A stretch of DNA of 64,000 bases from Candidatus Aminicenantales bacterium (GCA_049512315.1 JBEKXF010000002.1:1-64000); one strand, 5' to 3'; numbered from the stretch's first letter, positions 10,146-20,248 are shown. The notes: generated by a model from the sequence alone, not told the origin. Made by a program: numbers and translations.

Positions 10146-12137
10146 ATGATGAGATCTAAAGCCAAGCAGAGGGTCGCAAGAAACAAATTATCAGTTGTTT
10201 CACTATTCTCAGGAGCCGGAGGTTTAGATCTGGGTTTTATTCAAGCAGGTCATGAAGTAGTTTGGGCAGTAGATAATGACATAGACAGCGCAGGTACTTA
10301 CGAGAAGAACATAGGCAATCACATTATTTGTGAGAATATTGAAAAAATTAGATCGGCAGAAATACCGACTGCCGATGTAATCATCGCCGGACTTCCCTGC
10401 CAAGGGTTTTCTGTCGCGAACAAGTTCCGTTCAGGAGGAGATGGAAGGAACAATCTCTATCAAGAAATGCTGCGGATTATACGCGACAAACAGCCAAAAT
10501 GGTTTGTTGCAGAAAACGTAAGGGGAATCCTAAACCTCGACAATGGTAATTTCTTTATCAAGATTGTCGACGCCTTTAAGAGTGCAGGTTACCAAATTAG
10601 CCATAGAATTGTTAACATGGCAGATTACGGAGTGCCTCAAACTCGCATAAGAGTGATTATTATCGGAACTAGGAACGACATTGCACACATAAGAGTAGAT
10701 TTTCCAGCTCAAACACATTCAAAAGACGGCAAGAATCATATCAAATGGAAATCAATAAGTGAGGCGCTAAGGGAACTTCGCGATTTAAGGCCCACACTAA
10801 ATTTGGATGGTTCAAGATACGGAGTTTCATATAGAGATTATTCGGGGCATAGAAAAACCGACGGTTCCAAACCTAGCCCGACAATAACTGCACGGGGAGA
10901 TGGGGGAGGCGGCGTAAACGCTGTGCCTCATCCTAATGGCAAACGCAGGTTGAATGTCCGTGAATCCGCATGGATGCAGACCTTCCCTTGTGACTTTGAA
11001 TTTGTAGGCTCAACTAATTCTGCCTATAGGCAAATAGGCAATGCCGTGCCAGTGAAGTATTCTTATCTGTTAGCAAAACAGTTCAAGACGGCGTTGAAAA
11101 GGGATGCAATAAAAGCGAAGTCCGGCAACAAGATCGGACTCCAGCCCAAGGTCGTTTCATTATTTTCTGGAGCGGGGGGAATGGACCTGGGATTTAAACA
11201 AGCAGGATTTGATATAGTCTGGGCAAATGATAATTTTAAGGATGCAACAGAGACATATAAGAAAAATCTTGGCAACATCATCCCAAGCGATATTAAAGAT
11301 ATCAAAGTAAAAGAAATTCCTGATGCCGACATAGTGATTGGGGGCTTCCCGTGTCAGGGTTTTTCGATAGCCAATATGAATAGACACTTAGATGACAGCA
11401 GAAACTTGATGTATAGGAAGTTTGTAGAGATTGTCAATAAGAAACAACCCCAATATTTCTTGGCAGAAAATGTAAAAGGAATTCTAAACCTTGCTAAAGG
11501 TGCCATTTTTAGGTGCATATTAAACGATTTCACAAACGCCGGCTATAACTGTTCGTACGCGCTGTTAAATGCGGCTGATTATGGAGTGCCACAAATCAGA
11601 GAAAGGGTCTTTATCTTGGGCATAAGGTCTGACCTTAATCCTCTGATTGATTTCCCCCCGCGTCCAACACACGCTAACAGGCACATATCTGTCGGAGAAG
11701 CCCTAGAAAACATTCCAGAGCCAGATGAAGAACACATACTAAAGAACCATGAATATTCGAGATTTAAGTTAAAGTTCAATGGTTATATCTGCCATAGGTT
11801 TACGGATCCAAAGAAGCCGTCGCCAACTTTTACAGCCCGTGGGGATGGAAAAGGCGGCGCGATGGTTATGCATCACCCATCGAATAAACGAAGACTATCA
11901 TGCAGGGAAGCAGCATGTATTCAAGGTTTTCCACTTGATTATGAGTTTTGTGGAACAATGACTTCTGTTTATAGACAAATAGGTAATGCTGTGCCTCCTC
12001 CCCTGGCTAGGGCAGTAGCGGAGAGGATCTATAAGCATATCATGACTAATCGAAAAGGACTTGGAACCCAATCCGAAAAGAATCGAGGAGCTACTTCCGG
12101 GAAAGACAGTCAGCAATTGTCTTTAGAGTTTCACTAA
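10146..12137 (+). CDS. DNA (cytosine-5)-methyltransferase with two complete tandem MTase domains
   Basis: FSGAGG, PCQGFS, ENV, QxRxR, RQIGNAVP motifs each present twice. Confidence 0.95.
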   Translation: MMRSKAKQRVARNKLSVVSLFSGAGGLDLGFIQAGHEVVWAVDNDIDSAGTYEKNIGNHIICENIEKIRSAEIPTADVIIAGLPCQGFSVANKFRSGGDGRNNLYQEMLRIIRDKQPKWFVAENVRGILNLDNGNFFIKIVDAFKSAGYQISHRIVNMADYGVPQTRIRVIIIGTRNDIAHIRVDFPAQTHSKDGKNHIKWKSISEALRELRDLRPTLNLDGSRYGVSYRDYSGHRKTDGSKPSPTITARGDGGGGVNAVPHPNGKRRLNVRESAWMQTFPCDFEFVGSTNSAYRQIGNAVPVKYSYLLAKQFKTALKRDAIKAKSGNKIGLQPKVVSLFSGAGGMDLGFKQAGFDIVWANDNFKDATETYKKNLGNIIPSDIKDIKVKEIPDADIVIGGFPCQGFSIANMNRHLDDSRNLMYRKFVEIVNKKQPQYFLAENVKGILNLAKGAIFRCILNDFTNAGYNCSYALLNAADYGVPQIRERVFILGIRSDLNPLIDFPPRPTHANRHISVGEALENIPEPDEEHILKNHEYSRFKLKFNGYICHRFTDPKKPSPTFTARGDGKGGAMVMHHPSNKRRLSCREAACIQGFPLDYEFCGTMTSVYRQIGNAVPPPLARAVAERIYKHIMTNRKGLGTQSEKNRGATSGKDSQQLSLEFH

Positions 12138-13188
12138 TTGATAATTTGTTTGTTGCTGCGTAAGTTTTTATTTCATTAGCAAGTTTGCCCAGTTCAAATT
12201 TCTCAGGGTAAGCCCAGGGGCTCGTTGCCCAATCATAACCATGAGGAATTCTTTTACAGAACTCTCGCTTTTGTTGATTGCAGAAGCGGCACAAGGCCAT
12301 TAGTTTTTGCTTATAGTTTTGTTCTGTCAAGCTATCTGCTTGGAAGATGACAGGAATTCTGTGGTCAGGCGCCAGGTCATATTCTGGATAAACAAAGTGG
12401 CAAATCTGGCATGTATAATTATGCTGCTTATATAGTTCATTCCTCCAGCGTTGCGATATATTTGTACGTTGAACTTGTGAACTTAGGTTTTGTTCTCTTT
12501 TCAATAGTTGATACATTTGCTGTTGAGAACCCTGAACATTCTTCCGAAATACTTTCATCCCGGCCTCTTCGCCCTGGCGAGGCCAACCTTCGTTTCTGAG
12601 TACATCTGCGGTTTTGCTTGGATCGCCGTAGTGCCTTTTTATGGTCGAATCACTGAACTTAAAGGGGATGGCTAGTTGCGGCCGCAGATTATTCGGGATA
12701 TTAATTTCCAAGACGTTTCGCCCGTGCGGTTTTAGGTCATACAAAACGCAGAGGACTGCAATGGTTCTTGCTTTAGAAAGGAATTTATATTTTAGATACT
12801 TATCTCCGTCACCTATCTCAAAAACTATGAACTTAGAACTTCCGTACGGAGAGGGCTCGCCTTGCCTTATTCCGCGCAACGCCTCGTTTAACTCTGGGCC
12901 GTATCGATCGGCCGCAATTTGACTGCCAGAAGAAATAGTCCCCGTAAAATCCGTTGTTGAGTTCCTTCGCCATTGAATGGACCTTGGCCAGCCTTTTATA
13001 TGGCAATTAAGCCTAGGGCGGAGTCTCCAAAAAGAATTTGAATCTGGAGCCAAAGAATGCAATAGACGCGAGTGGAATTCCATTCTGGCAAAATCATCGG
13101 CACAGGCTTTTTTAGTTATTTTCACCAATATTGTTGAATCGGTTATTTCAAGAGAGACAAAATCGCCAACAAATTTATTAGCAGACAT
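12091..13188 (-). CDS. HNH endonuclease, probable cognate restriction enzyme
   Basis: CQIC...PDHRIP...LCRFCNQQKR; lies between the MTase and vsr. Confidence 0.75.
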   Translation of the reverse strand: MSANKFVGDFVSLEITDSTILVKITKKACADDFARMEFHSRLLHSLAPDSNSFWRLRPRLNCHIKGWPRSIQWRRNSTTDFTGTISSGSQIAADRYGPELNEALRGIRQGEPSPYGSSKFIVFEIGDGDKYLKYKFLSKARTIAVLCVLYDLKPHGRNVLEINIPNNLRPQLAIPFKFSDSTIKRHYGDPSKTADVLRNEGWPRQGEEAGMKVFRKNVQGSQQQMYQLLKREQNLSSQVQRTNISQRWRNELYKQHNYTCQICHFVYPEYDLAPDHRIPVIFQADSLTEQNYKQKLMALCRFCNQQKREFCKRIPHGYDWATSPWAYPEKFELGKLANEIKTYAATNKLSISETLKTIADCLSRK

Positions 13189-13254
13189 AAGTAACTAAAG
13201 GATATATGCAAGGACACTTACAATCAAGCAAAAAAGAGTTTATATTACAAAATC

Positions 13255-13683
13255 ATGGCAGACGTGTTCTCTAAAGAAAAACGATCGTTCGTGATGTCGC
13301 GAATCCGCAGCAGAGGGAACAAAAATACAGAATTAGCACTAATTAGGTTACTTCGCATTAACAAGATAACGGGATGGAGGCGCCACCCGAACCTTCCAGG
13401 GAAGCCAGACATAATCTTCAGAAAGCATAAATTATCTATCTTTGCGGATGGATGTTTTTGGCATGGGTGTCCAAAATGTTACAAACCGCCTAAGAGCAAC
13501 GCGAATTATTGGAGAATGAAAATTGAAAGGAATCGTAAGCGGGACAAGGAAATAAACAGGGAACTCAAGAATAAAGGTTGGAAGATTATAAGGCTTTGGG
13601 AATGTGCACTTAAGAGAAGGCCAAATCATTGTGTCGCTCGTATAAAAAGAATAATCACCGTTTATGGACGCGGGGCACATTAG
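13255..13683 (+). CDS. vsr: Very short patch repair endonuclease
   Basis: MADVFSKEKRSFVMSRIRS, LPGKPD, DGCFWHGC, WECAL. Confidence 0.95.
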   Translation: MADVFSKEKRSFVMSRIRSRGNKNTELALIRLLRINKITGWRRHPNLPGKPDIIFRKHKLSIFADGCFWHGCPKCYKPPKSNANYWRMKIERNRKRDKEINRELKNKGWKIIRLWECALKRRPNHCVARIKRIITVYGRGAH

Positions 13684-13820
13684 GCGGGTGTTGGCCTCAA
13701 AAGGAATAGACGATGGTTAGAGGGTGGGATTCTCAAAAAGTTCGGTTGTCTTTTTATACCCATAGAGTTAAAATTCTAATTGGTCAGTGTTTTCGTTCCA
13801 AAAATGAGAAGGAGGCCTAA

Positions 13821-14030
13821 GTGAATAAGCCTAACCAAGGAAAGCAAGACGCCTCTTCAACAATTTCATTGGAAAAAGAACTGAGCTATATAAGGAAACT
13901 GTTGGTCCTCTGGCTAATGAAGGCCGGAGCCACTCAAGACGAAATCGGGGCCGCGCTTGGGATAGACCAAAGTGCGGTCAGCAGGATGCTTCAAGGCAAA
14001 AAGATAAAGAAATTCACTGAAACAAAATAA
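13821..14030 (+). CDS. Small HTH protein
   Basis: TQDEIGAALGIDQSAVSRML; AGGAGG RBS before GTG. Confidence 0.75.
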   Translation: MNKPNQGKQDASSTISLEKELSYIRKLLVLWLMKAGATQDEIGAALGIDQSAVSRMLQGKKIKKFTETK

Positions 14031-14047
14031 AGAATAATATTCCTATT

Positions 14048-14821
14048 ATGACAGCCTATCGAAAATTAAGGGCCGAACTACTAAAACGCCTTAAATGTTC
14101 GCCTCAGGCCCTTTCTCAAAGGATCTCCACGATCAGGAAACACATTGGGCCGTTTTCTACCAAAGAGGGTGTTTATATAGTCGCCCATGAACAAGGATTG
14201 GATTTGTCAAAATATATTGGCCAAGAAACAATGGCCCAAGTTCGCGCCATCCTCAGCCGCAAAACTCATAGCCCAGCTCCTCCTCCAATACCTATTAGGC
14301 GATCCAAAAAAACAGCCCTAATTAAACTCAACAATGAGTTGCCAAGGGTTGACGCGCTGCTGTCAACTTCCCTGGTTGAAGACGCGAGAAAAATGTCTGG
14401 AATATACCCTACGTATTACGTCCTGGAAAACTCACTTCGAGTGGTAATAATAAGAATTCTTGAAAGAAAATATGGGTCCGATTGGTGGGAGAAGAAAGTT
14501 CCGGTTGACCCAAAAAGAAATGTCGCCTCTAGAAAAAGCGAAGAGGATAAAAAACCTTGGACAGGCAAACGCGGGCAGCATGAGATTTTTTATTCCGATT
14601 TTAAAGACTTAAAGAGCATAATCAGGGCAAATGCAGCGGATTTTAAGCCTATTTTTATGGACCTAGAATGGATCGCCCAAAAGCTTACTGAATTGGAAAA
14701 TCCCAGGAATATTGTCGCGCATCATAACCCCCTCGATAAGAACGACATAAAAAGAATAGAGGTCTTTTTTGCCGATTGGATTAAATTGCTAGGTAAGAAA
14801 AAGCAGTTGATTCCAGCTTAG
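14048..14821 (+). CDS. Swt1-like HEPN domain protein
   Basis: LENSLR..YGSDWW, YSDFKDL, RNIVAH (RxxxxH). Confidence 0.8.
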   Translation: MTAYRKLRAELLKRLKCSPQALSQRISTIRKHIGPFSTKEGVYIVAHEQGLDLSKYIGQETMAQVRAILSRKTHSPAPPPIPIRRSKKTALIKLNNELPRVDALLSTSLVEDARKMSGIYPTYYVLENSLRVVIIRILERKYGSDWWEKKVPVDPKRNVASRKSEEDKKPWTGKRGQHEIFYSDFKDLKSIIRANAADFKPIFMDLEWIAQKLTELENPRNIVAHHNPLDKNDIKRIEVFFADWIKLLGKKKQLIPA

Positions 14822-15286
14822 GACCTCAAGGGTCTTCACTAGGAATTGCTAACGCCTTTCCCAATCACCTCCTAATCCCCCTTGAATGCGACTTCTCAAT
14901 GGCCACAGATCGGCCTGCAACCAAGACTATGGCTGCCCGAAAGGCCCCTGGGCATAACTCCCTGCCCGCACGCCTGTCCCCGGATTGCCCGAGGGGCCCA
15001 AGGCGGGGCAGCCCCTTGCCCTATGCTTGCCCGGGCCGTCCGGACGCGACCTGGGGCGAACGGGGGCCGTCCGGCGGCCGCCGTACAGGGCGATGCGCGG
15101 CCCTTTTGGCGCCCCGAAGGCCCTTTTGGCGGCCCCAGGCAAATTTTTGCCCCGATTTTGGGCACCCCCTCCCGGGCCGGCCATATCTTGGGAGCAAGCA
15201 AAAGTTGCAAATTTTTTAGTTAGGCTATGTGCAAGCCCGCTTTTTCACGGTACATATATTCTTGGGTGCTAAAGGAGGGTACATCA

Positions 15287-15940
15287 ATGAAAGAAGCCAA
15301 GGGCAACGGAATCAAGCCCGAACCGAAGCGGCTGCCTATCGTTTGGGCGCGGACCGGGGACATTGTTATCGCCTGCGAGGACATCCAGTTCGACGGCGAG
15401 CCCGAGCCCAGGATCAAGGCCGGCGGCATCGGGCGAATCAAGGCGCAGGAGGATCACATATCCTTTGTCCGCTGGCGGAACGGGCGCCGCTTCTGGCTCT
15501 CGAACACGTGGCTCGACAAGTGCCTCATGGTCAGGGAGGGGAACGGCGACGACGCTGGGCAGGGCTGGGCGACGGACAACGCCTCGCCTGCCGTGAAGAA
15601 GGAGGCCAACGACCGCTTCGTCCAAGACCTCAGGGAAATGGGCCGCAGGGAGAAAGAGCGGGAGGCCAAGCGGGAGCACAACCTCATCGGCCGCATGGCG
15701 AAGGTGGCTGGCCCTCGCGCCCTTGCCGCAGGCAAGTTCCAACAGGGCGACCGTTCCGCTGAGACGATTGAAACCCTCAAGCGGGCCGACAGTCTGATGG
15801 ACCGCATCGAGGCCAAAATGGGCAAGCCGAAATTCAAGCCGTCCCCGTCCCGGTTCGGCTGGAACGACGACCCAGAGGGCGACATCGAAATCGACAAGAG
15901 ACACTGGGACAAAATCCCCGACGACGGATGGGAGAACTGA
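15287..15940 (+). CDS. Hypothetical protein
   Basis: AAGGAGG RBS, ORF ends 1 bp before the recombinase. Confidence 0.65.
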   Translation: MKEAKGNGIKPEPKRLPIVWARTGDIVIACEDIQFDGEPEPRIKAGGIGRIKAQEDHISFVRWRNGRRFWLSNTWLDKCLMVREGNGDDAGQGWATDNASPAVKKEANDRFVQDLREMGRREKEREAKREHNLIGRMAKVAGPRALAAGKFQQGDRSAETIETLKRADSLMDRIEAKMGKPKFKPSPSRFGWNDDPEGDIEIDKRHWDKIPDDGWEN

Positions 15941-15941
15941 C

Positions 15942-16550
15942 GTGGCGGGAAGACCAAAAGGCACGACAATCAATCGGGCCCGGTACTTCACCGATGACGA
16001 GCTCGCGCGGTTCATGAGGGCGGCCCGCCGGCACGGGAGGAAGTGGGACTGCCTCTGGTCGCTCGTCTACTTCTTCGCGATGAGGATCGGCGAGGCCGTC
16101 TCCCTCCGGCTGGAGGACGTCGGCCTCGACGCCCACCAGATCACGGTCAGGGCGGAGAAGGGCGGGCTCTCAAGGACCTACGACATCCCGGAGAAGCTCG
16201 AGAGGAAACTCAAGGCGTGGCTGAAGGAGAGGGCCGGGAGGGCCTACGCGGAGGAGAACCCCCACCTATTCCCCTCGAAAGTACTGCCCAGGACCGGTCA
16301 CATGACCCAGGAGTCGGGGTGGAAGCTGTTTCAATCGACGTGCAGAAAGGCGGGCCTGGCGAACCCCCACAGCCCCCACGACCTCCGCCACACCTGCGCG
16401 AGCCAGATGGCGGCCAAGGGCGACTCGCTCGTCCAGATCGCCCGGTGGCTCAGGCACAAGAACGTGGCAAGTTCAGAGAGGTATTTATCGGACATGAATT
16501 CCGCCGAACATGAAAGGGAAATGGAACGGCGGTCAGCAAAATTTCTTTGA
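15942..16550 (+). CDS. Tyrosine recombinase, catalytic domain only
   Basis: MRIGE (R), AEKGG (K), HDLRH, LRH, SERY (Y); 202 aa. Confidence 0.9.
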   Translation: MAGRPKGTTINRARYFTDDELARFMRAARRHGRKWDCLWSLVYFFAMRIGEAVSLRLEDVGLDAHQITVRAEKGGLSRTYDIPEKLERKLKAWLKERAGRAYAEENPHLFPSKVLPRTGHMTQESGWKLFQSTCRKAGLANPHSPHDLRHTCASQMAAKGDSLVQIARWLRHKNVASSERYLSDMNSAEHEREMERRSAKFL

Positions 16551-16558
16551 GGATTTAA

Positions 16559-17425
16559 ATGGAAACCCAAAACAGACCGATAACAATTGAGGGGCCGTCC
16601 CCCGAGGCCAGGCGAGCCATGAACGCCATGGCATTCGAGGTCTTCAGAGGCCTAAGGGACTGCCTAACGTCCAACAACGGGCTCTACGAGGCCGATGACT
16701 TCATTCAGGACTTCGTCGCCTCGGGCCGGTGGCACGGCTGGCCCGAAAGCAAGGGCGACTGGAGGAGCTACCTCCAGGCCATAAAATACCGGCGATTGAA
16801 TGAGAACGAGTCGCCGGTCTGCTGGGCCAGCCAGATCAGGCTCAAAGCAGATAACGAGGGAAACGAGGAGGCCTATCCGGAGGGCGTTCCGCTTGGAAGG
16901 GGCACCGACATGAACCCCGAAGCCCCGCTGGAGGCCCAAGAGAGGGGCCTAGAGGCCACCGAAACCCATACCCCGGCCCTTCCCCTGGCCAAGGGCTGGA
17001 TTGAGGCCCGAGGGCCCAAAGAGATGCGCTTCTTGAAACGCCTCTTCTGCGAAGTGGAGGCCGGTCGGATGACGGCCGACCGGGCCATCGAACTGTTCTT
17101 CGCTGCCGTCACCCTCGAGAACGCCGACCGCAAGCTGACCCTCCCCAGCCTGAAGGACCAGAGGCGCGTCCTAATCCGGCGGCTCCTGCGGACCGGCATC
17201 ACGGGCACCTTTGAAGGGAAGGAGCTGGCCGAGATATTCGGCCTGTCCCAGGCCTCCATCTCCATGCTCAAGCGCGAGGCCCCGCCGGAGCCCGTGACCG
17301 AGGCCCAGGTGGACGAATTGTGGGCGGAAGCCGAGGCAGAACTGGCCAAGCGGGAAGATGATGTCCGCCTGAAGACCTCAAAAGTCATCGACGCCCGGGC
17401 GAACAAGAACATTCGTCCAGACTGA
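16559..17425 (+). CDS. Hypothetical protein with C-terminal HTH
   Basis: GKELAEIFGLSQASISMLK. Confidence 0.65.
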   Translation: METQNRPITIEGPSPEARRAMNAMAFEVFRGLRDCLTSNNGLYEADDFIQDFVASGRWHGWPESKGDWRSYLQAIKYRRLNENESPVCWASQIRLKADNEGNEEAYPEGVPLGRGTDMNPEAPLEAQERGLEATETHTPALPLAKGWIEARGPKEMRFLKRLFCEVEAGRMTADRAIELFFAAVTLENADRKLTLPSLKDQRRVLIRRLLRTGITGTFEGKELAEIFGLSQASISMLKREAPPEPVTEAQVDELWAEAEAELAKREDDVRLKTSKVIDARANKNIRPD

Positions 17426-17459
17426 TCCACTTTAGCCATCAGACCGAGATTTGATTCCC

Positions 17460-17472
17460 CTTAGGCACGCCA
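17460..17472 (+). other. tRNA-Arg 3'-end fragment (att-like)
   Basis: cttaggcacgcca is the exact reverse complement of 43669-43681. Confidence 0.6.
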
Positions 17473-17586
17473 CATCTCGCCTGAGTTTTCGGATTCACCC
17501 TATTTCGGCAGACGGCCGGCCTTCTCTCGTCTATAGTAGGTGTCGGCGTCGGGGCACCGGATGATAATGTTATCTATGCCACTAAT

Positions 17587-17946
17587 TCAAGCATGTGGTC
17601 CATGCTTATTCCAGCTCTCCAACGCAGACTCAACGTTGTCATATATCTCTAGGATTGTGTCTATCCTGCAGGCCCTGAAAAAGCCGAGTGTTTTTGGAGA
17701 TCCTGATACCAATTTTAGTTGTCCTCCGGCGTCCGCTATCGAAACGTAAGAGGCGAGGATATCTCCCATACCAACATCGCTATTGATTTCGGCCTTTTCC
17801 AAATTAAAAATAATTTTCCTTTCGCCTATTTTCAATCTGGCCTTTATGAGTTCTTCGAGCGTCGGAATCAAGCGGGTTTCCTTCGTATAGGCCCCAACGA
17901 TATCGAAAACGACAACATCCCCCAAAGTCCTCGATTCAATATTCAT
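17587..17946 (-). CDS. STAS domain anti-sigma factor antagonist
   Basis: MNIESRTLGDVVVFDIVG..KIIFNL..GGQLKLV..EIYDNVESALES. Confidence 0.85.
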   Translation of the reverse strand: MNIESRTLGDVVVFDIVGAYTKETRLIPTLEELIKARLKIGERKIIFNLEKAEINSDVGMGDILASYVSIADAGGQLKLVSGSPKTLGFFRACRIDTILEIYDNVESALESWNKHGPHA

Positions 17947-18027
17947 GACCTCCCCGCGTTTCTCATTTTTGAATAACAGAAATTAGGGGATAATTCAAGG
18001 CCGCGGGAATTCAACATAGCAAAGCCC

Positions 18028-18074
18028 TGGACTCCAAATCTAAAGGTCGGAGGTTCGAATCCTCTCAGGCACGC
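18028..18074 (+). pseudogene. Degenerate 3' half of tRNA-Arg (att remnant)
   Basis: tggactccaaatctaaaggtcggaggttcgaatcctctcaggcacgc; 4 mismatches to the reverse complement of the 43669 copy. Confidence 0.8.
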
Positions 18075-18102
18075 TAATCGGGGGTAGGTTCATCACCGGG
18101 TT

Positions 18103-18143
18103 TTCTCTCATTATATCTGGACCGATTTTAGGGAGGCAGGTCA
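18103..18143 (+). mobile_element. Orphan IS3-family-like terminal repeat
   Basis: ctctcattatatctggaccgattttagggaggcaggtca resembles IS3 right ends; no transposase adjacent. Confidence 0.55.
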
Positions 18144-18385
18144 GATGACGCCGACGACTTTCCCGCGGTGCAGAAGAGTCACAGGTTCATATCGATGGAG
18201 CGCTCCCGGGACGTTTTTCATTCGCCGCCTGAGGTCGAGGACGGATGCTTCCAATTGGCCCTCCCGCACCAGGCACGGCGCGGCCGGTCGTGCTGTTCAC
18301 TTCAGATGTACACTTAGTTAGAAAGGCCTGTCAATTCGTCGAAGTCAACTATTCCGACGCACCGGGGCGAAGATTTTCTCATTTG

Positions 18386-20143
18386 TTACTCCAGCCGGGC
18401 TGCGCCGGGCCTTTTCTCCGCTCCGATTCGGACGGTGAGCTTGCCGCCCTCGGCGGCTTCGAACCGGACAAGTTTGGGCGGCCGGATCCCCTCGTCCCAC
18501 GTGAAGAAATCCCGCTCGCCCGAGGGGTAGAGGCGCAGCCGCACATTCAGGCCGCGTACGGACCTGCCCAGGAGCCTGCCCTCCACCTTGATGTCCCAGA
18601 CGTAGGTCATATCGACATGGCCCTTCTCGCAGGTAAACCGGACAACCGTCTCGTCCCGGTCCTGCGTTCTGGCCGTGCCGAGGACTTCATGGCGAAGGAC
18701 CTTGTCGTGGTCCTTCTCGATCGTTTGATACGAATCCGTCCAGCTGGCCTTAAGGCGTTCGATCGGCACTTGACCGCCATACGCCTTGAAGAGCGGCGCG
18801 AAATCGCCCTTCACGTTGCCCGCGATGATCTGCTCCGTGAGACTGCTGAGCTTGTCGAGGCGCCCCGGCTCGGCCTCGCTGACGGAATTGAGGGCCGCGA
18901 ACGCCTTCCTGCCCTCCGCCTCGATGAAAAGGGCGTTACCCTCGGTTGTCAAGCGATAGCCGCCCGCGTCTTGGCCGGGCAGGCGATAGGTTCCGGCAAG
19001 CGTCGCAAGGGCCGCTTCGCCGAGGTCCACAATCTCGGGGATCGCCGGATAAGGCACGCCCGCATGGAACCGCATGCCGAGCTCGCGGAGCAGGGAATTC
19101 GCGGAGCGGTTCTCGGAGATCACGTTGGTCATGAAGAAGACGACGAGCCCGGTGTCGGGGACGATGGCCAAGTCGGCGAAATAGATCCCGTTCCCGCCAT
19201 TATGCGTGACGATCTTTTTCCCGTCGGGGGCCGTGGCGATAGACCAGCCGTAGCCGTAGGACGTGCCGCCGCCCTCGCTTACGTGCGGCGCCCAAAGTTT
19301 TTTCATGGACTCCGGCGTGAGGACGCGCCCCGCGAGCAGCGCACGGGCCCAACGGAGCATGTCGTAGGCCGTCATGTGGATTCCGCCGTTGGCGCGGAGC
19401 GCCCAGTGCGGACCGTCGGCGGCCATGGGGCGTTCGAGAATCGTGCCCCAGAGCTTGCCCGAGAGGTAGCCCTTCGCCAGGCGGCCTTCGCCCCAAAGCG
19501 GGAGCTTGTAGCCCGTTTCGTACATGCCGTTCGGGAGGAACAGGCGCTCGCGGACGAAAGACTCGTAGCTTTCGCCCGAGAGCTTTTCGATGATCGCACC
19601 GAGGAGGCTGAAGTTCGCGTTCTCGTAGGAATAGCCGGCGCCGGGCGTGAAGCGAAGGGGACGCGCGAAGACCTTGCGCAGGTAATCGGCGAGCGGGACG
19701 GGGTCGTAGTCGTCGACGTCGTCGGGGTCGGTGAGGCCTGAGGAATGGGTCAGCAGCTGATGGAGAGCGATCGCGGCCTTGTCGGCGGGGACGTCGAGGA
19801 AATAGCGGGAGATGGGGTCGGTGACGTGAAGGCGCCCTTCTTCCTCGAGCTTGAGGATGGCGGCGGCGGTGAATTGCTTGGTGATCGAGCCGATATCGGA
19901 CACGGTGCCCGGCGTCCAGCGGAGGTTGCGCTCACGGTCGGCCAGGCCGAAGCCTTCGGCGAAGAGGGGTGATTCGCCGCGCGCGATAAGGACGACGCCG
20001 GCAAACCCGAGTTTCTCCAGACGCTGGAGGTAGGTTCGGGTATCGGCGATGGCGGCCTGATCTGAGGGTGAGGGGGCGTCTGCGGCCATGAACATGAGAG
20101 CTGTCAATCCGGTAACGCAGATGCGGACACTTCGTGAATTCAT
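18386..20143 (-). CDS. Serine hydrolase, beta-lactamase/AmpC family
   Basis: GSITKQF (SxxK), LLTHSSG, YSYEN, HNGG; signal peptide. Confidence 0.9.
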   Translation of the reverse strand: MNSRSVRICVTGLTALMFMAADAPSPSDQAAIADTRTYLQRLEKLGFAGVVLIARGESPLFAEGFGLADRERNLRWTPGTVSDIGSITKQFTAAAILKLEEEGRLHVTDPISRYFLDVPADKAAIALHQLLTHSSGLTDPDDVDDYDPVPLADYLRKVFARPLRFTPGAGYSYENANFSLLGAIIEKLSGESYESFVRERLFLPNGMYETGYKLPLWGEGRLAKGYLSGKLWGTILERPMAADGPHWALRANGGIHMTAYDMLRWARALLAGRVLTPESMKKLWAPHVSEGGGTSYGYGWSIATAPDGKKIVTHNGGNGIYFADLAIVPDTGLVVFFMTNVISENRSANSLLRELGMRFHAGVPYPAIPEIVDLGEAALATLAGTYRLPGQDAGGYRLTTEGNALFIEAEGRKAFAALNSVSEAEPGRLDKLSSLTEQIIAGNVKGDFAPLFKAYGGQVPIERLKASWTDSYQTIEKDHDKVLRHEVLGTARTQDRDETVVRFTCEKGHVDMTYVWDIKVEGRLLGRSVRGLNVRLRLYPSGERDFFTWDEGIRPPKLVRFEAAEGGKLTVRIGAEKRPGAARLE

Positions 20144-20248
20144 GCGGCCATGATACCACACTTGGGATGAGTGAGGTGATTTGAACCCCCAACTATTTAG
20201 CATATCTCCCGGAAACTGAATTCATTCTGCCTAGGTTGGGCGGAGGGA

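Noticed and set aside
14882..15272. Several overlapping ~100-aa ORFs
   Set aside because: Low-complexity products of GC-rich DNA
18245..19741. 498-aa plus-strand ORF
   Set aside because: Antisense shadow of the serine hydrolase
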